Shown here: positions 52,797 to 64,000 of the stretch, piece by piece | How the letters are laid out: each line of letters begins with the position of its first letter | Numbering within the stretch: the first letter of the stretch is position 1 | DNA from: Vicugna vicugna | Taxonomy: Eukaryota | Reading direction: 5' to 3' | Assembly (NCBI GenBank): GCA_013265495.1 | Contig: MU058844.1 | Location: 9,134,184 to 9,198,183 of the forward strand | DNA: 64,000 bases | The notes under the pieces: generated by a model | Database searches by the model: none | Seen by the model: only the letters and a program-made list of their open reading frames with translations | Told to the model about the DNA's origin: nothing | Translations under genes and position numbers: made by a program

Positions 52797-54884
52797 GTAG
52801 GTTTGGAGATTTATTTCCTCTTTTTTCTAACTTTTAGTTGCTTTTTATCATTGTTCATGAGGCATTAAAAAGAGAGTAATTGGAAACAAAACCATAGACT
52901 GAGGCCAATATTGTCCTGGTGTTCCCTAAAACTATTCAGTGCCCCAGTTTCATGGCTATGATGGGCTAACTATTAAAATAAAAATCTTTGGCCCATAGTA
53001 GAAATAAACAGTTTTTCCTAAGAGATAGAAGCATTTATTTCAAAACTCAAATATATTTAAAACATTTAAACGTAGCCTTACAAATAATATAATATTCCAT
53101 TTGATGTTAACTTCAGTACTGAATTGATATGATAAAGTAAGAGAATATACCATCCAACTTTGTGCTGCTTCTCATGATAGTTAAAGGACCTCCTCTTAAA
53201 ATGGAGTATTTAAAAGGGGAACGTTTCTCTGACTGATTGAATAAAAACTTATTTTAGGCTCACAGCAGATTGTTTTGCATCTGTCAGGAAACAGTGTATT
53301 TTTCATTCACATATAATATAGAACATTTAAATGACTTGCAAAATTGGCAATCTTGGAGTCTTAGCAGCTGTTAGAAAGCAAGTGGGTCCATAAATAACAT
53401 ACTTTTTAAATGCATAGTAACATTTTCAGTGATGAAATAGAACCTTTAGACCATGTTCTTTAAAAGCCGAAAAACTTCTCTTTATTCTAGAATCTATTGG
53501 TTGGTTACTCCTTTTCCTTCCTCTCAAATATTTATTATATTGTGTTTACAATTTTCACATTTACCTTCTTTCCTACGAAACAGTGATCATTGCTCTAGTC
53601 ATCACTGTAACAGACACGTGCACGTGGTTGTGTTAGGCTATTAATTTACTTCATATTTTGCTTTCCCAATTGCTTTGCAGATGTTTTCTAATAATGAAGA
53701 AATATGTGCTTACAAGTTGTGGAAGAGTTCACTACTCTGATTGTTTCATTAATTTTCTACTTACTAAAATTAGACAAATATCCAAATTTGGTAGAAATAC
53801 TGTGCAGAAAGAAGAAATGACCTTGAAAGCATTATTTCTGGAATACAATTACATGCCCAGTCAAATTCCATACTAATAAATATTTCCTCTTTAGTTACTG
53901 ATAACTCGAAAATATATTTAAATGTTACCACAATCTGTCTGTTCCTATCAATGAACGTTATATTTTATGGTTACGTATTGAGAAAGGAATCTTCTCCTTT
54001 GATAGACTTTAAAATTTATTTGAAGTCTAAAGGAATTTCAATTTGTTTAAGATAACTTTACATCTAAAGGGATAAGAATAATCAAACCCAGCCTGGTTAA
54101 TGGACTTGGTTTATTTCCCTTAAAAGTTAATTCTCATATTTCTCACAATGAAATATTTACAAATAATAGCAACCTGGACAGTTTTCATATTGCATATAAG
54201 CTGATATTGAGGCAATAACTCACATAGTTCTTTTATTGTTTGGGGGACCAAGTTAAATGTCCTTTTTAACAGCTACTAAAGTTAAAAACTCCAATTATAC
54301 AATGATTTAACAAAATCGTATATTTAGAATTGAAGTTTGTAGTTGTTAACTTTACACACCATTGGATTCACTTGATATTAATTTTATGGAATTATTTCTT
54401 AAATCCTAAGTATCCTTACAGTCAGAAAGTAATTTTAGTTCTGGATTTAGTTTGATTTAGTTTGAAGATCTTACTATGCTTGACTTTATTGTTTTGTTTT
54501 GCAATATGTTTTGGCAAAATATAATTTTTAAATGTAGTAAGGAGAATACTTGACTATTAAGAAGAATATTAAGCACAATCTGTAATACAACAAAGGCTAA
54601 CATTTCTTAGCCCAACTATTTCGTGTAGAATAATAGTATTGGGTTAAAATGGATCCAGCAATGCAAGGCATTGTTAATTAATTGAAAGGACAGAAATATT
54701 TCTCTGACTATCTCATAGCAAGAGCCCCATAAGCATATGTATGAGCCTGTATTTGTAAGATACACAGATGAGTGCTCACACTTATTCAGAAGTTCTGTGG
54801 CACCATGCCTTGGCTTCTGGGTTACCAAAGAGTGGAGTGTCTTCATGTATTGGGTTTTATAAGGTAAGCAAGATAAATTATTTT

Positions 54885-55102
54885 TATTTTTTTATTTATT
54901 TATTTTTTACATTTTTTATTGATTCATAATCATTTTACAGTTTTGTGTCAAATTCCAGTGTTCAGCACAATTTTTCAGTCATTCATGGACATATACACAC
55001 TCATTGTCACATTTTTTTCTCTGTGATTTATCATAACATTTTGTGTATATTTCCCTGTGCTATACAGTGTAATCTTGTTTATCTATTCTATAATTTTGAA
55101 AT
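54885..55102 (-). mobile_element. Young short L1 3' end with 15-bp TSD
   Basis: AAGATAAATTATTTT at 54870-54884 and 55103-55117, followed by AA (TTTT/AA endonuclease site); closely similar to 47424-47630. Confidence 0.9.
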
Positions 55103-58100
55103 AAGATAAATTATTTTAAATGACATAGTTTCAAATTTTACTTCTATCAAACCTATTATTAATTATGACTAAGCATTAACCATGTGTTCTCAAATTTTTT
55201 TAAGTATTTAAAATTTTATTTAAACAATTCCAATTTTCTTTAGGAATCATACTCTTTTCTGTTTTCAAATTTCATGTTTAATTGTCTACTTTCTAGATGG
55301 AAAAAAATTTAAGTACATTTTATTGAAAAAAAAAACACAAAAAGTGGAGCAAACTATTTCAAAATGGTGAACACCATAGGTTGTACATACATAGTTGCAA
55401 TGACTGTGGTTTCCCACCAGTTGCTTTTCTACATTCTACCCACTGGCCAAGACAAATGATGTGTACAGGACGTAGTATTTAGACATATAATCATGATCCC
55501 AGAGTTCATACTAGTGATTCATTAGTCTCTGTGGGAATAGCAGAGCTGAAGAAAAATCTTATTTTTAACTTTACTAGGATATCAGGTGTCTACAATTGAC
55601 AATCTGTGATTTTAAATTTAATTGGGAGAAATCTTTAAATAAGTTACTTATGACACATTTTTAAAAGCCATATGGGGGAAATTGTTTTAGAGAGCAGCAT
55701 TCAAGACATTCCAGATCCTTGCAAAGTTCAGAAATTTGCAAAGCTGGCAGTCCCAAACAAAGGTCTAATTTGGGGTAAACTTACCATCCAGCAAAATTAA
55801 ACATGCATAGATTAGAATATCTTACTAGATGTGTGTTCCTGCTTTGTTCTACTTTTACTTCGCTTTCTGGTGCAGACATTTGTCTTTCTTACATTTCTAG
55901 CTATTGTCCTATGATGAGAAATAGGAAATCAACAATACTGAATCTGCTAAAGCACTCACTGTTCTAAAACTTCTTTAGTTGAATATTATCTTTCTGAGCT
56001 GTATGTCATCAGGCAGATGCTATTCTTCCATCAGAACAACATCTAACCTTAAGGCCTAAAGTCAATCCGCTGTTATTCTGCCAGGTTCTTTTTTACCACC
56101 TCTTATCTTTGCTGTCATTTTTTTAAAGCTTCAACTCCATAAATTTCTTCAGCAGACTTATGTAGAATACAGTTAATACCTACAGTAATTATGTCAAACT
56201 GAAACGCATCTTGCAATTCTTTGAATACTTCACATTAATTTGCCTGGCCTTCCCGTTTAAAATTTGACCAATTTTTCTGTAGCCTTGGGGTATAGTTCTC
56301 CAGATCTTTGAGGATTTGAGTCACTTTTTCTCAATATGTGTCTCCATATTAACATTATGATTCTCCACAGTTTTCTCAATGTGTCACTGCTATCTGAGAT
56401 CTTTTCCAACATCCATTGTTTGATTTCATTGGGCGGCAGGCACCTTTTCTGATTTTAGACAAACTGAACATCTTTCCCATTTCTAAGACTAAACTTTAGA
56501 ACTTCACCTTTATAAACATGTCATCCTGATCTTCAAGAATTTATTTCTCCTTCTTAGCTCTCCATCAAATGTTTTAGGCTAAAACCTAAAGCTAAACCTT
56601 AAAGCTTTGCTCAGGGTGGCCAATTAAAGTCAACTACACAACCCCAAAAAATAACTACACATCACAATAAAAGCTACTGTAATGTCAAAATTGTACCTGG
56701 TCTGGATGACCAAAAAAACCTCAATTTCTGAATGTTCTTTAACTCCCCAAACCTCACTTACAATCTAAATGTGGGTATTTTAAGACCCAATAAATAGAAA
56801 TTCTGTCCATTGCCAAAGTTTAAAATTTATATGAAGATAGACAAAGGAGTCAGACAATAAGAGATCAAAATGTTTTATTACTGAAACTGCTGTTGGGACA
56901 GTCATTTAAGTATATGAAAAAAGGTGGTTCCTAAAACTGAACCCCCAAGTTAGATAAAGTTACCTGACACAGAAAGAGCAGGTATTCACAGGTTTCCAAG
57001 ATGTACAAGTGTAAAACTCACTTCTCCTTAAAAATAGAGCCTACTCTATTATGATTCCATAAATATGTTACTCTAGAATCAAGAACTATGAACTCACAAG
57101 GAAGGAAATGAAACTTTATGTCATTAGCATCTTTGCCTAAAGAAGAGCTTTAGAAATATCAACAATGAATGTACTTGTATTAATATCTTTTCAGATTTCT
57201 AATGGTTTTTTCTTCCTCCTGGAATACATTTAATTTCCAATTTCCCATATCACCATCTCTAAAAATGTATTGATAAGGTTTATGACAAACTTTCCAAATT
57301 CTTAGAGATCTGTAAATATATTTTACACCTAAAATTACTTGACAATTGTAAAACTACTGTTTTAAAATAATTTTTCCTCAAAACTTTGAAGGTACTACTC
57401 TTCTGGCTTCCAGTTATGTCTAATTTCAATTGATTGTCACTCTTTTGTGTGTGACATACAGAATTTCTTTTTCCTTTCTCTCTCAGAAAGCTTAAGAGTT
57501 TTCCCTTTATCTTTGGGATTCAGAAATATCAAAAGTACATTTGTATTCATTTTTGAATATATTTCATTTTTCTACTTTATACTTTCAGTCTAAAGACTTG
57601 TTAGACTGGACTGTCTTACAAGTATTGACCTAAAACATTTTTACTTCTCGACTTAACGTTGATTCTAAGAAGCTTATTTTTACTGAGACTTATGGGATTA
57701 AAGATGAAGTTGTCTTTCACTAGTAATACACCTGTTTAACTCTCATGATAGTCCTTGATAGGCAGTGAATGCATTAAAATTGACAGAGTACCCAGTGAAC
57801 GGTTACTTAGCTCCAGAAATATAAATTCTGAAATATTTATATCAATTTTTATCTACTAATGTTTTCCTCCTGCATTTTTAACACTGTATATTTTTTATTA
57901 AAACATATATGCATGTTGAAATCTTCTGTATCTTGAGACTAAATTGAAAGATACTATAAGAATATTAACATTAATTTATCATTTTCAATCTTTAGTTATA
58001 ATATATGTTAGATTTGCTATGTTCTCTTGAATGGATATCACTGCTAAATGAATATGGATTTCATATTTGAAATCAATTTTTCAACATCATTAAAGTGAAA

Positions 58101-59212
58101 TTAACATTCCATCTCAGCCGTCAGCAGTATCCTCCGGAGAAGCAGTTTTATCCTTGGAGCATAACAGTCACAGCTAATCACTACGGATGGATCTTTACGT
58201 TCGAACTTCAAAGGCATAAAAGTGAAGCTCTATAGATTTAGTTAATTTATTTCCATTGCAATCCTAAGGGGCTTCTTCAATGCATAAACTTTAATGTGTT
58301 TTGAGACTCGACACTTTTAATCTTTGGCATTTAGAAGTTTCAGAGTTTGCATATCTCCAAGCAAAATAAATGTCACTGGAAATATTCATAATTAAAAGTA
58401 TCACAGATTACAGAACAGTCTTTCATTTAATAAATATTTATTAAGTGCCTATGTGCCAAGTTATACTTATAAGTTGTATTCCAGAGGTTAATTTAGAAGA
58501 CATATGTGAGAAGACTTGAATAGATTTTCCCTTGTAAGTAGTATCATATATATGGAAGAGAAATGTCTTTGCTTCCCCCACAAAATATATTTTGTAAACA
58601 TGTTATAGGAACTATATTTTGCTGGATAAAGCAAAAAGGGGAATTCACCGGTGGGATATTAGTGTCTCAGAGCCTGCAGAAGCAACAGAGCCAGGACAAC
58701 TGCAGAATTTCACCTGTAACAGACTGTGAAGTCTTTCCCTAGAGTGTTGTCAACAACTCATCTTTTCTATTTCACATTTTTGAATTCCTAGGTGAAAGAA
58801 TCTGATTGGCCTAATGTGGAAGAGATATCTGTACTTGGATCAATTAGTTGTAGTCAAGAGTTCACTTAGTATAGCCGTAATTACAGGGGAACACTCCTGG
58901 GCAACCAGTTCAAAAATATCTAGTAAGGTAGAATATTTCAGAACCTAAATCCAGTGCTCTCAATATTTATCTGGGGAGAGGTGCCCCAGTTTCCTACTTG
59001 GAAACCCAGGAGTTTATCTTCTCTGGCTGCACTGAGCTGGAGCTTGCCTTGCCTTGCTTTCTGATCATGGACAGCCCTGCCAAGTGCCAGCTGTGGACAA
59101 TTCTAAGAATTCCCTGAACCTAAAAAGTAATAATATCCAGAGGCTAAAGGCCCAAATCCATTAAAATTTGTTAGGAAAAATGAATCTAAGGAAAACCAAA
59201 GTGCTGTTTATA

Positions 59213-59255
<43 letters not shown>

Positions 59256-59267
59256 ATATATATATAT
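59213..59267. repeat. (TATC)n-(TA)n microsatellite
   Basis: Seen directly. Confidence 0.92.
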
Positions 59268-59899
59268 TTGGAGGAAGGAAAAGAACATGGAAGGAACAGG
59301 GCTGCTGTTTTGAGCCTACAGTACAATGTTAATAGATTAGAGAGTAAGTAGAACCAGAAGCCCTGCATAGTGTCTATATTTTCTGCCCATGAAAAATGAA
59401 AAGAATAAAATAAGGATTAACAGCAGGAAGTGAAAACTCAAGATAGTTACATGTACTAGAAGAATGACCTCCTTTTCTAAATAAATCTGTATTGTTTGTC
59501 TTGATTAATGTAAATCCTGGATTAATGGAACATGGTAATGATAACTTTTGACTCATTCACTTAGTACCTATTATGTCCCAAGAACTGTGCTGGAAACTAC
59601 TATACTTGAATTTTACAGCTCCATTCTTCAAAGAGATTTTAGAGAGTCACCAAAACCAAATTATTGCACTTAAGTATTTCAGTGGCCATGATCATTTCTC
59701 TAAGTCACTGGCTTTGAACAGAATGAGAAAAGTGCCACCTAATGTTCTTATTTAAAGGATGTTCTCCAAGCTGAAGACTGGTCATCTCACTCTTAGTTCT
59801 AAAAATAAATGTAAAACACTTATTAGATTATTTCTGAACAATAAAAAGGGACATTTTTGACCACCAAGAGTAAATGGAGATCCTTAAGAATAAGCTGTG

Positions 59900-60920
59900 C
59901 CTGTGAACTTTTCAGACATTTTCTAGACATGTAGATGAGGAAAACTGCTGTAGAAATACCATATATTGAGTTTAGCAAGGTATTTCATTTACTTTCTAAA
60001 TGAACATATGTTTGGAATGAGACGAACAACATGGAAATATAACTGATGGGACCATTGCAATCAAAGGGGCTGAACAAGTAGAATTGATGATGCCTGAGTG
60101 AAATGGAAGGTGGTGGACTCAGCTCTTTGTTAATTGATTTAAATAAGAATATCAGATTTGTGAAAGCATGAAGCTAGAAGACATAATTAATTTTTAGATT
60201 AAAAATTATTTAAGGAAAACCTTTACAGAGAGATGCAAATCTAACAAGATGAAGTTTAGCAGGGTCATTTATATAAATCTGCCTCCAATTTCATGACCAT
60301 ACATATTGATTACTTGTATATAGGGGGATATGTATCATTTAACTGCAGCTCCTAAGAAAAAAAAATGTTTCTGCAAAAAAAAAAAAGGTAAATTAGCAAT
60401 GCCTGATAAAGAAGTTAATGATTTCAATATCCAAGAGGCAATTGATAAGGCCAAAATGCTAGATACTGACCAGATCATGGCTGGATATTGTGTTAATTTC
60501 TGGAAGATGTATCCATACATATTCAGAAGAACATGCCCAATATAGCAAGATGATACCAAACCATGCCTTCAAGGAGCACTAGAAGTAATTAGGAATGTGT
60601 GGAGTGTGGACCACAAGATCCAAAAGCTGCTTAGAGGAAACAGCTGTGTTCTTTAAGGCTGTGTGAGAAGATCTTGGACCAAAAGTGAGAGGTTGTTACA
60701 GATAAATTTGAGCCGCATCTAAGTGAGAACTGTTAACAATCACAGATCTGAGAAGAATTGACCTTCTTGAAAGACAGTTGTTCCTCATGATTATGTACTC
60801 TATGTATCTGCCAAACATATGTGTATGTGCAAGATTATTATGTGAGGGATTCAAATTTCAGCTGAGAGATTGGATTGCATGCCCTTTAAATTGTCCCTGC
60901 CCTGCGATTCTATGATTCTC
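59900..60920 (+). mobile_element. Ancient L3/CR1 LINE remnants
   Basis: Decayed CR1 RT motif (tatattgagtttagcaaggtattt, resembling YLDFSKAF) and CR1-type tail attctatgattct near 60907-60919. Confidence 0.55.
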
Positions 60921-62899
60921 TACGTAATTCAGAGAACTGGACTCGGAGAACCTCTGCTCTTGTAAACATTTGAGATGCCTGGCATAGTGTAGGTACTCAA
61001 AACTTATGTTCTAATAAACTGAATACAAGAGTGGAAGCTAGGTAGAAAAATAACTCTCAGGTGAAGAGGAAAACCTAAGAATATGGAACAGGAACTAGGG
61101 CAGTGACTCCCACTCAGATGACCAAGCCAGACGTCTGGGCTTCATCTCTGCCCGTCTTTCTGCTTGTCCTTACTCTCCCACTGTGCACCTTCGTCCACTA
61201 TCACCATCACCTCTGTGTACTTTCACTCAAGGTACTAGTTCTTTAAAATCTCTCAAACGTGTTGATACTCTTCTTTTCTTTCTGAGGCCATCATGCTAAA
61301 ACAATCTTGGTTCTTCCAGTCTTGCCTTCTTCTAATCCATTCTTCACACTTCAACTAAAGAGATATATCTGAATTTCTAAACTTGCCTAAAATCCCTCAA
61401 TCATTTCCTAGCATCACTAGGATAAATGTCAAATGCTTTTAGATAGCCCGTAAGTCCCTACATTATCTCGTCCCTCTGTATCTCACCAGCTTTCTCTCTC
61501 TACTTCTCATCTTGCACGTTATGTTCTTAACATACTTACTATCTGTTTCTTGTTTATGACTACTTCTGTCTCTGTGTGTGCAAAGCTCCTGTTCCATTTT
61601 CCTCCTCATCCTTTGTGTAGTAATGATAATTTATATGTAATAAATATTTAATAATTACATTGAGTAATTACAGTATGCTAGGCACTTTTCTACACATTTG
61701 GCATGTACTTTCTCTCTTAATTTTCACAAAGCATTTGAGGTAGAAACTGCTATTTCCTTCCACACATGAAGAAACAGCTTTCTAGGCACCGTGGTACATA
61801 AAAGTGCTGACCTCCTGAGCCCCTTTTTCTCTGAATTGCTTAGGATATGAGGGTAAAGTCACAATATAGAGAGCATGTAGCCCAGTCTTTCGTCTGGACC
61901 TGTGGTACCCTACCTAATGTTAAATGTCTACATAGAGAGGCAACAAAGAATCTCTCACCTTTATACTTTGAAAAGAGTACCATAATTTTTTTCCATTGAG
62001 AATAATTAGTTTCTTATCCAACCCCATCCCATCCTTCAAAGTGAGCAACAAATGTATTCAAATCAAACACCTTTTTTAAGAATGGGAAGGGAGGTAATTT
62101 CAAAGTGGTGTAGTTGCTTTATAAGTTGCTTTTTTTCTGATATAATTAACCATACATAATATCCCAAAGTTTGATATAAGATTAGTAATGATCACTAATA
62201 CATAAGCTATGTAAGAAATTTAAATGTGTGCTTGAATTAGTCTAATGTTACTCATCCCAGTAAAATGTTCAAAGTCACTGCCTAATAACAAGGATAATTA
62301 AGTCCCTTTATTAGAAGAAGAAAGTCACTAATTAAGGTACATTTAAATATAATGCTGACTGACATCTTAATATGGAAAGTGTTCTCCATATTTATTTCCA
62401 CAAATGTCAGATCTTATATTAGCTCTGTATAGTGTTTTTTATAAGGTCTTTGAAGATGTGCTTTTTTCCCCCAGAGTATTTAAAATTAGCCTTTCAGGAA
62501 GCAAGCGTCTCTCCCTTGTTTCCACATTTCTAAGAAGGGCAGTAATTATCTATATCCTATTGCTAGGGTTTTATTTAAAAAGTAGTTACATACCAAAAGA
62601 CTTTTCATTCAAAAGTAGGTAGTATGTGCATGTATATTATATCTTATGCTCATATATATACAAACATACAATTAAATGGCTTTATTTCAGATTCTGCATA
62701 ATTAAGATTTTAATTTTGGACTTGACTGGGATACATTGGCTAGGCAAATGAATAACAAAAGTCTTGGAAGAATAAAGATTTCTTAACCTCTTTTAAAGAG
62801 TCTCCAAAACTTAAGCTATTTGAAGTCAACATGAACTTAAAAAAGGAAAAAGTGTTTCTGAAGAAGTGTGATGATGAACTGTATTTAAAACTCCTTAAT

Positions 62900-64000
62900 C
62901 ATTTTCTTTCATTTATAAGGATCACTAGAAATGTGCTTGGCTATTTATTTCTATCTGTATCCCATCATCTGTCATTATATACAAAGCAATTTCTGCCATC
63001 ACCCTGGGTGCTCCACATAGATCAACCATTCACAACTTAAGTTCATGGCTTTATCACTTCCAGTGTTATTCTCTACTCCCAGTCAGACACTTTTCACGTT
63101 GTATTCTGAATCTTGTCATCACCCCCCAAATCATTCTTATTAGGAAATTACTAATTCAATCATATCAGCCCTTCCTAACCATAGTCTCCTTCTTCCAACT
63201 TGCTTGATCAACTTCTTCTACTCTCATCTTTTTTTAAACTTCTGTCCTTTCCCAGTGCATCAGCCCCATTCTGTCCTCTTCTTTCTTTGTAGTTAGCTTG
63301 GATTCTACATCCAGAATTTCACCACACTTAACCATTCCTACATCCCATCACTTCTCTTTCACTTGGTCACATCCATGTCATAACCACAGTCACCAATGAA
63401 TTTTCTTTCTCCATGTCTGCATGGGCACCTCTGTGCTGCTTGGGAAAATTAACACAGGGGAATCTGGACCACCTTCATTTGGGAATTCAACACTGCCAAC
63501 AAGTAATAACAATATTTTTCTCTCACCAGTCTTCTTTCTGCTCTGCAACTTTTGTCGAAGACCTCCACTGCCCTCAACCCTGCATTTTCTGCAGATGTGT
63601 TTACATTCCACCTTAGAGGGAGAGAGTAACGAGACCATCTGTGTCCTCTGAATTACTTGCTGCCAAATTCACACTAACACTTGCCCCCATCCTGCCTTAT
63701 TACAGAAAACTAGTTTAATCTCTTCTTTAGACCATACCTCCCCATTTTCTCAGCCATGTTTTGCCAGTTTCCCACTAGAACTTACACCGTCAAATTCTGC
63801 TCTTTTCTGTGTTGTGGCCATCAACCTTTAAATATTGTCAGTTATCACCCATTAAAGGAATCCTTTCTTCATCTCACTTTTCCACTTCAGTTACTACCTG
63901 TTCACTCCTCCATCTGGTGTTGATTGATCTTAAAAATTGCTAAGTCACCAACTTGAACCTTAAGAAGCAAGAGGCAACCATATTCCACATACAAAGTTCC
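62900..64000 (+). mobile_element. Probable LINE-2 ORF2 remnant
   Basis: C/T-rich degenerate sequence with L2-like motifs (tagcttggattctacat, ctaagtcacca). Confidence 0.45.

Larger units (their letters stand above)
1..64000 (+). other. PPFIA2: Internal part of the liprin-alpha-2 gene body (introns plus 14-15 coding exons); neither gene end is in the window
   Basis: Fourteen AG/GT-bounded exons with compatible phases join into one 1880-nt open frame. Peptides such as [28 protein letters not shown] and DAQTLAMMLQEQLDAINKEIR are liprin-alpha hallmarks, and the linker sequences match alpha-2 as I recall it. Confidence 0.95.

Noticed and set aside
52797..64000. Next PPFIA2 exon (expected to begin ...HELLEEAR) or a nested gene
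   Set aside because: I found no matching exon. The region reads as intron with old repeats, and its short ORFs resemble no known protein.

Overview
Mammalian genomic DNA, AT-rich and CpG-poor, with one 519-N gap. It is probably a camelid, judged from cetartiodactyl/camelid-type young L1 3' ends and no recognisable Alu, B1, Bov-tA, PRE1 or CHR-2 SINEs. The whole window lies inside a + strand liprin-alpha gene whose peptides match PPFIA2 (liprin-alpha-2). I can read 14 core coding exons (6457-52796) with canonical AG/GT ends. They splice into one open frame of 1880 nt, from RLSNGSID... to ...AEKDRRLKK, covering the coiled-coil region and the linker before the SAM domains. The start and stop codons lie outside the window. 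Points worth a second look: an extra in-frame 87-nt cassette-exon candidate (21006-21092) missed by the ORF track, set in a repeat-poor, motif-rich intron segment; a 30-nt microexon with an upstream UGC motif; a NAGNAG acceptor; two RFX X-box matches, one inside a 20-bp perfect palindrome; a 47-bp intronic fold-back hairpin; a perfect 103-bp tandem duplication; and two twin-primed inverted L1 insertions. The rest is ordinary interspersed repeat (L1, L2, L3/CR1, MIR, MLT/ERVL LTRs, Tigger, MER). I see no evidence of a wholly new multi-gene system. Repeat subfamily names are recalled from consensus sequences and need RepeatMasker confirmation.
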